Shown here: piece after piece, positions 1 to 9,095 of the stretch
How positions within the stretch are numbered: position 1 is the first letter of the stretch
How the letters are laid out: each line of letters starts with the position of its first letter
NCBI GenBank assembly: GCA_043803945.1
Contig: JAZDJN010000035.1
Coordinates: 32,001 to 96,000, forward strand
DNA: 64,000 nt
Direction: 5' to 3'
From: a bacterium
GTDB lineage: Bacteria > Bacteroidota > Ignavibacteria > UBA10030
Program-made: the position numbers and the translations under genes
The notes under the pieces: model-generated
Seen by the model: the letters and a program-made list of their open reading frames with translations, nothing else
Told to the model about the DNA's origin: nothing
The model's database searches: none

Positions 1-106
1 TCAATTAACAGGGCAAAACCTCACATGATCAGATCTTTTCTATCGTTCTGTCTCGGATTCCTCAAATCAAGATCTCAACTTAATCCCATCCATAAGAGAT
101 TCCTTA

Positions 107-595
107 CTATGCTGCTTTCAACTTTTGAGTATTCTTGCATTCTGGATAACGAACACAACCGAGAAATGTACCGTACTTACCAGTGCGTTCAACCATCCAT
201 GCTCCGCACCCACATTTGATCATACCGCTTGCAATCTGTTCCATCGTTGTGCGTAAACGATTCCTTAGATTCTCCTTCCATCCTTTTGTCCGGTAAACAC
301 GAGATTCACTTCCAACAGTCCTGCTGTGTTCTACTGAGAATATGATAACTCTGATTGCGTCAGCTCCAACCTTGCGGGCATGACCTTTCGCGCCGATAGA
401 GCTATAAACTCGAACCTGCAGCCCGGGCTTGCTCTTCACATCGTAGGCATATACTTTTTCATATACATTTTGCAATTCAATAGGAACGAATTCCCTATTC
501 TTCATGAATGAATCCATTTCTTCTTCAGATATTTCGTAATACGTTCCCATAATTGTTGCCTCAATGTTCCGTCCAGTGTGGTTTGTTATTATCAA
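107..595 (-). CDS. Phage protein with C-terminal topoisomerase-type C4 zinc finger
   Basis: CGCGAWMVERTGKYGTFLGCVRYPECK matches the zf-C4_Topoisom pattern; true start may be downstream. Confidence 0.75.
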   Translation of the reverse strand: MIITNHTGRNIEATIMGTYYEISEEEMDSFMKNREFVPIELQNVYEKVYAYDVKSKPGLQVRVYSSIGAKGHARKVGADAIRVIIFSVEHSRTVGSESRVYRTKGWKENLRNRLRTTMEQIASGMIKCGCGAWMVERTGKYGTFLGCVRYPECKNTQKLKAA

Positions 596-659
596 GATGC
601 TGGTGACTCCGTATGATGCGTGTTAGGCTCCTTGAAAATCAATTTAATAATGAGATGAT

Positions 660-950
660 TTAGCTGGCCCTCAGTTTTAGTGATTGCCCTATTGACGACA
701 TTACAATGCCGTATTCTTCAGCTTTTGAAATGCCCATCGCTGCATTCTTCTCGTCGCAGATCCTTCGAGCCTCTTCATAGTCCTCACCCCAGTACCACGG
801 TTCCGTGTCTCCACCACCATTAGGATAGTGACCCTCCTCTGACTCAAATACTATCGACGGACGAAATCCCTTGCCAGCCACATAGCTCGTTACAGGAACG
901 TAGTAACAATATTTGCGTCCCTCAGCGATCAGCCTATCTTTCCGCGACAT
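660..950 (-). CDS. Hypothetical phage protein
   Basis: ATG with AGGAG RBS, co-oriented in operon. Confidence 0.75.
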   Translation of the reverse strand: MSRKDRLIAEGRKYCYYVPVTSYVAGKGFRPSIVFESEEGHYPNGGGDTEPWYWGEDYEEARRICDEKNAAMGISKAEEYGIVMSSIGQSLKLRAS

Positions 951-959
951 AGCATCTCC

Positions 960-2291
960 TTATTGTAGTCGTTTCCCGTTCGATTTCTTTTGTGGACCGG
1001 CGACAACATTCGCCTTGACCCGGCCATCCTCGATCTCGATGCCTTTCCCTTTACCTACCTTCGTTACAAAGTATTGCGTGTCTGTATCCGCTGCCATCAT
1101 CCTTGAGAACTCAGCAAATGTCTCTTCATCCAGTTTCTCGACTCCATCGACACAGACAATGTTGAACTTACCATTCAATGATTTGGCAATAGCAAGACTG
1201 ACTTGCACTTGTTCCGCTCCACTGAGCATATCGAACGAACGGCCATCGATCAGAACTTCGTCTTCCGTTATTCTCATTCCGTTAACCGGCAAATGAATCC
1301 TCTCCATCAGCTTCACCGGAATATCACTCGTCAAGGCAGTGACATAACCGTCTAACGTCTGTGCTTCAGTCCTGAGTGTGGAATAGTCTGACCGCAGCTC
1401 TACAAGACGTGTCGCTGCTTCAGCGTGTCCTTTGACCGTCTCATATTCACTAATCTGCTTCTCCAAGCCTTTTACATCTATCGGAGCAAGAATTGCTAAC
1501 TCTGCGTTCGTAGATTCCAGTTCAATAGTCTTTGTTTTCAACTGTCTCGTTAGATTGGCAATCTCCGTTTCAATCCGACTAGCATCAGCGTTCAACGTGG
1601 CAATTCGATTATTCGTCCCTTCTGCAGATCGAACTGAAGCATACAGTTTGTGCAGCCCACGTTCATCGTATGACGACATGTCGAAATCTGAAGGAATCAA
1701 CCTAGCTTGTTCCTGACCGGCAGCTTTCTTCTTCTCCATGTCACGGTTAATTGTCGTCCTCTTGTCATAGAAATACTTTCGTAATTTCTCGACCAGCACA
1801 AGGGCATGACCGGCCAGATATTGTTCCGACACATCATCAGGCCATTCCTGTATGCCTAACCACTTCAACATCTCTTCTTTTGTTACCTCCAGCTTGAAAG
1901 ATTCTAACAAATACCCGATCTGCTTCTTTTTGTCAAGCAAGAAGAACTCGGCAGGATTGAAACTGAACCCGCCAATGAGACTATTCAAGTACTCCTGCGG
2001 TCTTTGGATCTGCTCACCTTCAGCACTGGCAACAACTAACTTCGTCCCTCCGTTGGAACGTATCGACCGCTGAACGAATAGTTCATCCAGCTCAATCAGT
2101 ATCTCTGCCGAATCTTCTCCTTGGCGGACTTTAGCAGATTGATCACCTGCCAAAAATGCCGCCTCTATTGCTCGAAGCAATGAGGTCTTCCCCTGGCGAT
2201 TCTTACCTGTGACCACATTCACTGCGCCGGTCTTGATATCGACTTCACGTAACCCCATGAAGTTGCGTATTTGCAACCTTATCATTTTCAT
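960..2291 (-). CDS. SbcC/Rad50/SMC-like ABC-type ATPase with short coiled coil
   Basis: Walker A GKNRQGKTS, signature LSGAEQ, Walker B/D-loop VCVDGVEKLD, central heptad region. Confidence 0.85.
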   Translation of the reverse strand: MKMIRLQIRNFMGLREVDIKTGAVNVVTGKNRQGKTSLLRAIEAAFLAGDQSAKVRQGEDSAEILIELDELFVQRSIRSNGGTKLVVASAEGEQIQRPQEYLNSLIGGFSFNPAEFFLLDKKKQIGYLLESFKLEVTKEEMLKWLGIQEWPDDVSEQYLAGHALVLVEKLRKYFYDKRTTINRDMEKKKAAGQEQARLIPSDFDMSSYDERGLHKLYASVRSAEGTNNRIATLNADASRIETEIANLTRQLKTKTIELESTNAELAILAPIDVKGLEKQISEYETVKGHAEAATRLVELRSDYSTLRTEAQTLDGYVTALTSDIPVKLMERIHLPVNGMRITEDEVLIDGRSFDMLSGAEQVQVSLAIAKSLNGKFNIVCVDGVEKLDEETFAEFSRMMAADTDTQYFVTKVGKGKGIEIEDGRVKANVVAGPQKKSNGKRLQ

Positions 2292-2641
2292 AGAACCCCT
2301 TCTGCTTCATAAGTGCAAAGGATACACTGTTCCACTACACCATCCTCATGACGCCATTCATGAAGATTAGCTTCTTCCGTGCCTTCGATGTCCCAATCGA
2401 CTATCGTAACTTTAACTCCTTCAGGAACCTGTGTGACATCCTGAACATTGCCGCCTTCGACAAAGACGAATATTTCTATTGGCTCATTCTTCCGTAACCC
2501 AATTAGCTCGTCAACCATGCCGATAAATTTGTGCTCAAAGCCTTTTAACACTTCGCTCTCTACAGCGAGCGCTGTGAAAAACTCCCCGCCTTTCGGATTA
2601 TACCACAGCATCTTGTCTTGTGGATTCAATACTTCTATCAT
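2288..2641 (-). CDS. Hypothetical phage protein
   Basis: GAGGAGG RBS; ATGA overlap with the downstream ATPase. Confidence 0.75.
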   Translation of the reverse strand: MIEVLNPQDKMLWYNPKGGEFFTALAVESEVLKGFEHKFIGMVDELIGLRKNEPIEIFVFVEGGNVQDVTQVPEGVKVTIVDWDIEGTEEANLHEWRHEDGVVEQCILCTYEAEGVL

Positions 2642-2653
2642 ATCGTCCTCCTC

Positions 2654-3331
2654 TTATGATTCATACTCTAATTGACCGCCACACTCCAGGCATACTTCTT
2701 TCTCAGAAATCGAAGGCGTGTCACACTTCTTACAATAGCCTTCCCATACAATCTTCTGATACCTCGGATAATTACTGTCGTCATCCTTCAACATCGTTAT
2801 CATACGAGATGCTGTGCGAGCAAAGATCGTCGAACAGTTAATGGCGACATCACCATCGTTCCAATATTTTCGTAACCAATCGTTCAATGAACTCTCTTCG
2901 TTGAAGTCAAAGAACAAATTGTAGTTTTCATCTCTAAAGATATGGTAACGCAAAATCTTCTCGACGATCGTGTCTTCCTCTATTTTCAAATCTTCCCAGA
3001 GATACGCCGAGAGGATACCACTCCAATACCAATCGTTGCCTCTCACCACAATAATCTTACCGTCAAAGTCATCAATCAACCGTCTGATATTCACAAACGG
3101 ACGACACCGCAGGTCGTTTAGCTCCCAAACCTCTTCGCAATAGTTTTCGACGCGATCCGACAAGCTGATACTCATAACATAGTACTTATCGGGATCCATC
3201 GACTTGTCTTTTTTGAATTGCTGAACCTTCCCCTCCCTCCATCTCCTGAGGAACAGGCTCTGACGATTCTTTATTCGGATACCCTTGACATCTTTCTCAA
3301 GATTTATTGCACATTCAAATGCTTTTCCCAT
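2654..3331 (-). CDS. Hypothetical protein with C-terminal CxxC..CxxC zinc ribbon
   Basis: CKKC...CLECG at C-terminus; operonic. Confidence 0.7.
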   Translation of the reverse strand: MGKAFECAINLEKDVKGIRIKNRQSLFLRRWREGKVQQFKKDKSMDPDKYYVMSISLSDRVENYCEEVWELNDLRCRPFVNIRRLIDDFDGKIIVVRGNDWYWSGILSAYLWEDLKIEEDTIVEKILRYHIFRDENYNLFFDFNEESSLNDWLRKYWNDGDVAINCSTIFARTASRMITMLKDDDSNYPRYQKIVWEGYCKKCDTPSISEKEVCLECGGQLEYES

Positions 3332-3596
3332 TCGCTGCTTCTCCTAAAATTGAATTTGCATTCACCTCAATCTTGCTCGCTGCTCTGTCGTAATCAGTCC
3401 ATTCAGAGACTATATCGTTAATCTGTCCTTTCTCAAGACCAACGTATTTAACGCTCAAGTCATATCCTTTCCCTGCAACATTGACTCCAATCCAAACCGA
3501 CTGTCGATAGCGAAAGAATAATGCCAAAACGCTAAACAACGCCTTAACCTTCCAAAACCAACCTCGATAATATTCTTCGTTCACATCATGAATCAT
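3315..3596 (-). CDS. Hypothetical phage protein
   Basis: First ORF after the promoter at 3626-3653; overlaps next gene. Confidence 0.65.
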   Translation of the reverse strand: MIHDVNEEYYRGWFWKVKALFSVLALFFRYRQSVWIGVNVAGKGYDLSVKYVGLEKGQINDIVSEWTDYDRAASKIEVNANSILGEAANGKSI

Positions 3597-3625
3597 TCTT
3601 TCGTTCCATAGTTAATGTTGAAAAT

Positions 3626-3653
3626 AATGTAACAGTGAAGAGTGAGATGTCAA
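3626..3653 (-). promoter_or_regulatory. Phage early-type promoter TTGACA-N13-TGTTACATT
   Basis: One of six related intergenic copies. Confidence 0.7.
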
Positions 3654-3769
3654 GTCTTCAGCCTCAGTAACTCATAGAGAATTGTTCCACCGACAATCAA
3701 AGCCAGCAACAATCCAAGCGGTGGATAGATGATGAACACAAGTGCTAAGAATAAAAGTATTCGATACAT
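3650..3769 (-). CDS. 39-aa hydrophobic membrane peptide (not in ORF track)
   Basis: MYRILLFLALVFIIYPPLGLLLALIVGGTILYELLRLKT*, AAAGGA RBS. Confidence 0.55.
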   Translation of the reverse strand: MYRILLFLALVFIIYPPLGLLLALIVGGTILYELLRLKT

Positions 3770-3829
3770 AGGATTATCCTTTCATGTGCCTATGGCCATC
3801 GATCGATACAGACGCTCGAGACCGATCAC

Positions 3830-4363
3830 TCATTGGACGACCACCTCTTCCCTAACTTCCCGCCGCTCTGGCTCGTAACATTCGCTCAATCCAAGAGCAT
3901 CAAGAATGTCATTCTCGTAACCACAGTTACATACCATCCGTTCACCTTCCCACAAGCCGTATTGGTTCAGCTTCCAGCCCTTGTTTGTCGCTCTTTTGCG
4001 ACAGAGGATGTTGAATGACGGTGAACCAGTAGCGAACAATGTCAATGCTCCAAATCCATTCACTGGACCGACATAGAACTCCACCTTGAATCCCTCAAAC
4101 CATCCAGACTTGAGACTGCTGCCCTTCTTCTTCGGAATCCATACGTCGCTGAGAATCGACGACAGATAGTTCTGGACTTTCGGTGTGAACGCTTCCTTCG
4201 TGATTGCGATATCAATATCACCGCAGATCGGACGCAACCGCCTGATGCTGCCGCAGACAAGGAAATCACTGCAATTCATTAGTCGGCATTTCACAAGTTC
4301 AAGACCAAACCTCTGGGAAATTGCGAAGGCATCTTTCAATGGAATGTGTTCATTCTGCGACAT
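3830..4363 (-). CDS. Minimal X-family DNA polymerase (palm and thumb only, ~177 aa)
   Basis: GSIRR..GDIDI nucleotidyltransferase motif; ATGS..FN..R..A..KGWKLNQYGL thumb motif; AGGAGG RBS before ATG 4363 (ORF track start 4438). Confidence 0.85.
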   Translation of the reverse strand: MSQNEHIPLKDAFAISQRFGLELVKCRLMNCSDFLVCGSIRRLRPICGDIDIAITKEAFTPKVQNYLSSILSDVWIPKKKGSSLKSGWFEGFKVEFYVGPVNGFGALTLFATGSPSFNILCRKRATNKGWKLNQYGLWEGERMVCNCGYENDILDALGLSECYEPERREVREEVVVQ

Positions 4364-4447
4364 CTCTGTATCCTCCTTCTTGGTGACATCCTCGTTAAAA
4401 TGAAAAATGTCCAACTTCTCTAATTTGAAATTGAACATTTGTCCTCA

Positions 4448-4573
4448 GTACTTAATAAAATGAATTATTTTTTGACACATTGTACATGTACTTGTACATA
4501 TATGTACTTACATAAAGATAGTACTTATAGAATTATTCTTCTGGGGATTTACTACGTTGACGGTACTAAGTAC
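4448..4573. other. AT-rich intergenic tract with 8 GTAC sites; candidate origin element
   Basis: GTAC at 4448, 4482, 4488, 4494, 4504, 4521, 4563, 4570. Confidence 0.45.
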
Positions 4574-4690
4574 AAAGATATGTTACAAAAATTTGTTTGT
4601 CAAGCATATTGAACGTGTAATCTTTACAATCGCTGAATTCAACTCAATCAGCGCAAATAAATCTTTCGAACAACCGCCGCCGCCGCCCGG

Positions 4691-4733
4691 AAAATAAAAC
4701 AGGGACACCGATAATACTCTAACGGTGTCCCTG
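4691..4733 (-). terminator. Rho-independent terminator
   Basis: 11-bp stem CAGGGACACCG/CGGTGTCCCTG followed on the minus strand by TTTTATTTT. Confidence 0.7.
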
Positions 4734-4910
4734 ACGTAAGGGGCAACTATGGCGCAGTCCGCTAATTAGCATCGCTGCCGTAACCGACGCTGAGAGGTGG
4801 AAGAGGAAATCCCCGGCTGCCATTCTGCCTCTTCCAAAGATCGGGTTGCATTAGCGGTAACGATTTAGATACAATCACCGACCAAACAAATGAATGAATG
4901 ACAAAGCGTA

Positions 4911-5134
4911 GTCTCTCCGGTGAGACAAAATCATCGAAACGGGAGACAAACAAAAAGTGTCTCTCCGGTGAGACAAAATCATCGAAACGTGAGATAAACA
5001 AAAAGTGTCTCACCGGTGAGACAAAACCATCGAAGCGTGAGATAAACGAAAAGTGTCTCTCCGGTGAGACAAAATCATTGAAACGGGAGACGAACAAAAG
5101 TATCTCTCCGGTGAGACAAAACCATTGAAGCGGG
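4911..5134. repeat. About 4.6 tandem copies of a 48-bp unit, each with the palindrome GTCTCWCCGGTGAGAC plus a half-site
   Basis: Units start at 4911, 4959, 5007, 5055, 5102. Confidence 0.95.
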
Positions 5135-5290
5135 TGTTGGAACAGGTGTCAATGTATCCTTACAATTGATACAGACATAGTCCGACCACCACATTTGCGA
5201 ATTTTGAGAATAGCAACGTGTACAATAGATACATCGAACTCTTGGATCTTTCGAACCATCGAAGAATATTTTGGATTGTTCAGTTATCAT
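5075..5290 (-). CDS. Small Cys-rich (zinc-ribbon-like) protein
   Basis: CIYC..CINC; downstream of promoter; 3' end runs into the repeat array. Confidence 0.5.
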   Translation of the reverse strand: MITEQSKIFFDGSKDPRVRCIYCTRCYSQNSQMWWSDYVCINCKDTLTPVPTPASMVLSHRRDTFVRLPFQ

Positions 5291-5371
5291 TTACTTGTCC
5301 CTGATACGTTCATTATACTGAACCTTTGACAGAAATAAAAACTCTGAGTGGTCAGAGTTTGTGATAGAAAT

Positions 5372-5400
5372 AATGTAACACCGTAAAGATGAGAAGTCAA
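5372..5400 (-). promoter_or_regulatory. Phage early-type promoter TTGACT-N14-TGTTACATT
   Basis: Member of the repeated promoter family. Confidence 0.65.
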
Positions 5401-6102
5401 ATGATATTTTCTAATTCTTCAACTTTTTTTTCACCAGTTGTTGGTCAGGTGTTATGCGAAGAAAACGAAATCGTCAATGTCGCATAGCTAACAAAGTGGT
5501 TTTTAGTGTGATACCATTTTTCTACAATTCGTTCAACAGATTATCAAAATGGTGAAGTAGTGGTGAGGACTGTGAGATGGGAAGGAGCTCTGCTCCCGAC
5601 CAGTGCGAGTAGAACTCCCTCGGAACTGGAATGAGTGTGAGGTGTATGCTCTGAACCAGCTGAGCTTAAGCGTCCGGGAAAAGATGAATAGTGAATATCG
5701 AGTGTCGAACCGCAGAATGTCGAACTATACCACAGCCACTCCGGAATTCACTATTCCTTGTTTGCAGCTCGATATCGCACTCATTTCTTCTTGTCGCTGT
5801 GAGATGTCTTACTTCTTGCTGCTGGTAGGCTCATTTTCTTGCCGTTCACCCATGGGCCGCGGGGATTCGTCCTGAGCTGGTCGACAATCAACGCCTTCTC
5901 TGCCGCTTCACTAGGTGTAAGAGAAAAGCGGTTAATGGAATATGCCATGCCATTGCTCCATTCTTTGTTGAGTGAGTTGCTGATTCAAAGATACGAGCTA
6001 TTGTTCAGCAAAACAACTGGAGGATGGCGCTTCGCGAAGGAATCGAAATCGATATTGTCGCACAGCTCATCACAGGTCTATGTTTTAATAACTGATATCC
6101 TC

Positions 6103-6169
6103 AATTCATCCCTTTCATAACCGAATCCTTTAGATATTTCCTTAATTCATCCCTTCCATTACCGAATCC
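6103..6169. repeat. 26-bp direct repeat (2 mismatches, period 41) duplicating the 3' end of the 108-aa gene
   Basis: AATTCATCCCTTTCATAACCGAATCC / AATTCATCCCTTCCATTACCGAATCC. Confidence 0.8.
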
Positions 6170-6468
6170 CTCATAATATCACAGGTTCTTTTCTTCCAAA
6201 ATTTAATTGGTTTCAGATTGCACTGGTGTCTTAACGAATTCAGATTCTCTAGAGTCAAACCTGCATTTTCTCTGGATATCATCTTAAGTAGATATGTCGT
6301 GCCGCATTCTATACACATAAAATAGGAAAGCCCTTCTGCTACCTCTTCTTTCTCTAATTCGACTTCTTCTATCATTTCAGATGAATTACACTCGATGCAT
6401 TCGGCTGGATTACCGTTATTGGGTACCAGGCTTCTAAAAGGAGAATAGTATGATGGATTGGTCTGCAT
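6142..6468 (-). CDS. Zinc-ribbon hypothetical protein with a cassette-like start
   Basis: CIEC..CIEC; preceded by GTTATAC-AGAGAGG-ATG. Confidence 0.65.
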   Translation of the reverse strand: MQTNPSYYSPFRSLVPNNGNPAECIECNSSEMIEEVELEKEEVAEGLSYFMCIECGTTYLLKMISRENAGLTLENLNSLRHQCNLKPIKFWKKRTCDIMRDSVMEGMN

Positions 6469-6820
6469 ATTAACCTCTCTGTATAACGTTTGAAGACAGT
6501 GGCTTGGTCATCGTTTACAGAATATTTATTCGATTTTCAATGGTAGTAGGTCGTCTTTCTGTTAGCGAATATTTCCAGGATTGCTTTCCATAATGAACTT
6601 TGATAAGTTTGAATAAACACATATCACCAATCGAATTTGAGGGATTGTGAGGCGGGAAGAGAAGAAGGACCTCTGGATTAGCTTTGAGCGATGATTGAGT
6701 TAAGTATCTCGCGGGTGGAGTCGAAATACCCATTTCGGCTTTCAGTAAGTATTCATCTAACGGTGCGATGAAACTTATCTGCCCTCCCAGGGCAAGCCCG
6801 CGGGAGTTTATTTTCGCCAT

Positions 6821-6861
6821 CTCAGGTGTTTTTCCTACCAAACTCAGGTGTTTACCTGAGG
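6821..6861 (+). promoter_or_regulatory. Island-associated motif copy 1 (CAGGTGTTT x2, 22 bp apart; core TCAGGTGTTTACCTGA)
   Basis: Exact 16-mer at 6844-6859 shared with 34174-34189 and 62848-62863; function unknown. Confidence 0.75.
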
Positions 6862-7025
6862 CAAAATCAGTCAATTTTCGCTAATGACATACTTGAGTTA
6901 TTGATTCTCTTGGTAAACATCTCTACTATCCTGCTACCGTGCTGGGGATTCCGTAGGGAAGGATGAAGTGTACTTCCGAAGGAGTAAACTGTGCAACTCC
7001 TTAGAACGAAAAATACTTTGAATGA

Positions 7026-7139
7026 GACATTCGAACTGTCCAGGCGCTTCTGCACAGCGACGTCAAAACGACGATGATCTATGCCCATGTGTTCAATCGG
7101 GGACCGGCCGGAGTTCGCAGTCCCGTAGACGGACTCTGA
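7026..7139 (+). pseudogene. intI: Integron integrase C-terminal remnant (37 aa)
   Basis: Translates [37 protein letters not shown], the IntI box II/C-terminus; Gly of LLGH missing and in-frame TGA immediately upstream. Confidence 0.9.
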
Positions 7140-7165
7140 ACCCATGAAGGAAGATGTAATATACC

Positions 7166-7322
7166 GATCCGCATAAGCTGCCGTGATAAACCGCTGGACA
7201 GACAAAAAGTGATCGAAAACAAAGTGGTTAATATACCTTCAGCAAAAAATCCTAATGCATGTTTTATACACACAAACCAGAAACTCCGCATCTTATGCGG
7301 ATCAATCTAATTATTGTTATAC
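7166..7322 (+). other. attI-like region
   Basis: 12-bp inverted repeat GATCCGCATAAG (7166) / CTTATGCGGATC (7292) and core G/TTATAC at 7316-7322 where cassette 1 begins. Confidence 0.65.
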
Positions 7323-7442
7323 CGCTTGCGCATTTACAGAAGCTAGCTTTTCATTGCAGGACAGCTTTTATTGAATATTTAAATGTATCGACATGTAAAG
7401 AAATAACTGAATAAATCACTTTTACTACAGTCTCGTTAGCAT

Positions 7443-9095
7443 ATGAATATAAGAAAAGCTATCATCTCCAACTTTAAATGCTTTGAGGGAGACTTTTCAA
7501 TAGAGTTCAATAAGAACTTAAACATAATTGTTGGGATTAATGAGACTGGTAAATCAACCATTCTCGAGGCAATAAACCTTGCGCTTTCTGGTTGGATCTA
7601 TGGAAAGTACTTGGCAACTGAATTATCTCAATCCCTTTTCAATAGCAATACAGTTTCCAATTACTTGGACTCCGTTAATAAGGGTAATTCTGTTGAACCA
7701 CCAACAATTCTCATAGAACTATATTTCGACATCGAAGATGAATCTCTTAAGGCTGAATTCGAAGGAAATGGCAATAGCCGCAGAGAGGAAGCTTCAGGAA
7801 TTCAATTTAAGATATGCTTCAACGAACGATACAGAGACCAGTATCGCCTTTTAATTGAATCTAAGGAACCTATAAGCTCATTACCGATCGAATACTACGA
7901 TTTTGGTTGGTCAACATTCGCAAGAGATGAGACAATAACACCACGGGGGATCCCCTTCAAAGCTGCATTCATCGATTCCTCCAACACTCGACTTCAAAGT
8001 GGTTCCGATGTTTACATTTCACGAATCATTCGAGACTTTCTTTCCGAAGATTACAAGATTAAAATATCTCAAGCCCATAGAAAACTAAAAGATGTGTTCA
8101 TGGATTCTTCCTCTATCAAAGAAGTGAATAAGGAGCTCGAACAAAAACAACTTTCTGAGAAAAAGGTTGAATTGTCAATAGAAATGTCAACAAAGAACGC
8201 TTGGGAATCGAGCATAACGACGTCTTTGGACGATATTCCTTTTAGCAATATCGGAAAGGGCGAGCAATGCATGATCAAGACTAAGCTCGCGCTAAGCCAC
8301 AAGAAGGCCGTTGAAGCAAATATAATTCTACTAGAGGAGCCGGAAAATCATTTGGCACATGGCAAACTCAACGAACTCTTGAGCTTCATTAAAGAAAAGA
8401 GCCCGGAAAAGCAAGTCATAGTATCTACTCACAACAGCTTTGTCGCTAATAAACTTGGCCTTGATAACCTTATTCTCTTAAATATGGATTTAGCCACAAA
8501 GTTACGATTGCAGATTCGAATGAACGACTTGAGTGCGGAAACAAAGAGATACTTTGAAAAGCTGGCAGGCTATGATACCTTGCGGTTGATTCTGACTAGC
8601 TGTGCTATTTTGGTTGAAGGCCCATCAGACGAACTGATTGTTCAAAAGGCCTTTGCGAAACACAACAATGGGAAGCTTCCCATTGATAAAGGAATTGACG
8701 TCATCTCTGTGGGTACATCGTTTCTTAGGTTTCTAGAAATAGCCGACAAATTACGCAAACCTGTGCGGGTAGTTACTGACAACGACAGATCCTATGAGAT
8801 AAAGGTTAAGAAAAAATATAAACAATATGAGAATAGTAAAATTATCACTATTTATGCGGATAGCAATGACGATCTGAATACTTTGGAGCCACAGATCGTG
8901 CATGCAAACAAAGATCGATTGTCCGATCTGAGAACCGTACTCGGTATAGGCGAGGAAGAGTATCCTGATGAAAAGTCGATATCGGACTACATGCATGGCA
9001 ACAAGACCGAGTGCGCACTCAAGCTTTTCGAGTCTGAAAAGGATTTCATATTTCCGAATTACATACTTAGGGCAATAGGCGTGGACAATGCATAA
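7443..9095 (+). CDS. gajA: OLD-family ATP-dependent nuclease (ABC ATPase + TOPRIM), Gabija GajA-like
   Basis: GINETGKST, LLEEPENHL, STH, ILVEGPSDE, VTDND; paired with a UvrD-like gene. Confidence 0.85.
   Translation: MNIRKAIISNFKCFEGDFSIEFNKNLNIIVGINETGKSTILEAINLALSGWIYGKYLATELSQSLFNSNTVSNYLDSVNKGNSVEPPTILIELYFDIEDESLKAEFEGNGNSRREEASGIQFKICFNERYRDQYRLLIESKEPISSLPIEYYDFGWSTFARDETITPRGIPFKAAFIDSSNTRLQSGSDVYISRIIRDFLSEDYKIKISQAHRKLKDVFMDSSSIKEVNKELEQKQLSEKKVELSIEMSTKNAWESSITTSLDDIPFSNIGKGEQCMIKTKLALSHKKAVEANIILLEEPENHLAHGKLNELLSFIKEKSPEKQVIVSTHNSFVANKLGLDNLILLNMDLATKLRLQIRMNDLSAETKRYFEKLAGYDTLRLILTSCAILVEGPSDELIVQKAFAKHNNGKLPIDKGIDVISVGTSFLRFLEIADKLRKPVRVVTDNDRSYEIKVKKKYKQYENSKIITIYADSNDDLNTLEPQIVHANKDRLSDLRTVLGIGEEEYPDEKSISDYMHGNKTECALKLFESEKDFIFPNYILRAIGVDNA

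Noticed and set aside
5007-5022. Cloning artefact (GTCTC/GAGAC and ACCGGT restriction sites in the palindrome)
   Set aside because: Copies sit in frame inside natural genes and in a diverged tandem array; no vector sequence is present.
4762-5128. ORFs 4762..5097(-) and 4898..5128(+)
   Set aside because: They stay open because the 48-bp unit is a multiple of three; no convincing RBS, and the DNA palindrome explains the repeat.
4911-5134. CRISPR or TIGR-like guide array
   Set aside because: Sequences between the palindromes are near-identical rather than unique spacers, and no cas or Nop-domain gene is seen nearby.
5451-6120. Additional attC or cassette (GTTATGCG..CGCATAGC) and ORFs 5603..5875, 5839..6120
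   Set aside because: No complete L/R box architecture; the ORFs lack family features and are probably decayed DNA.
6515-7291. Minus-strand ORFs 6515..6874, 6867..7205 and 7079..7291
   Set aside because: No recognisable motifs; they overlap the conserved island motif, the plus-strand intI remnant and attI.
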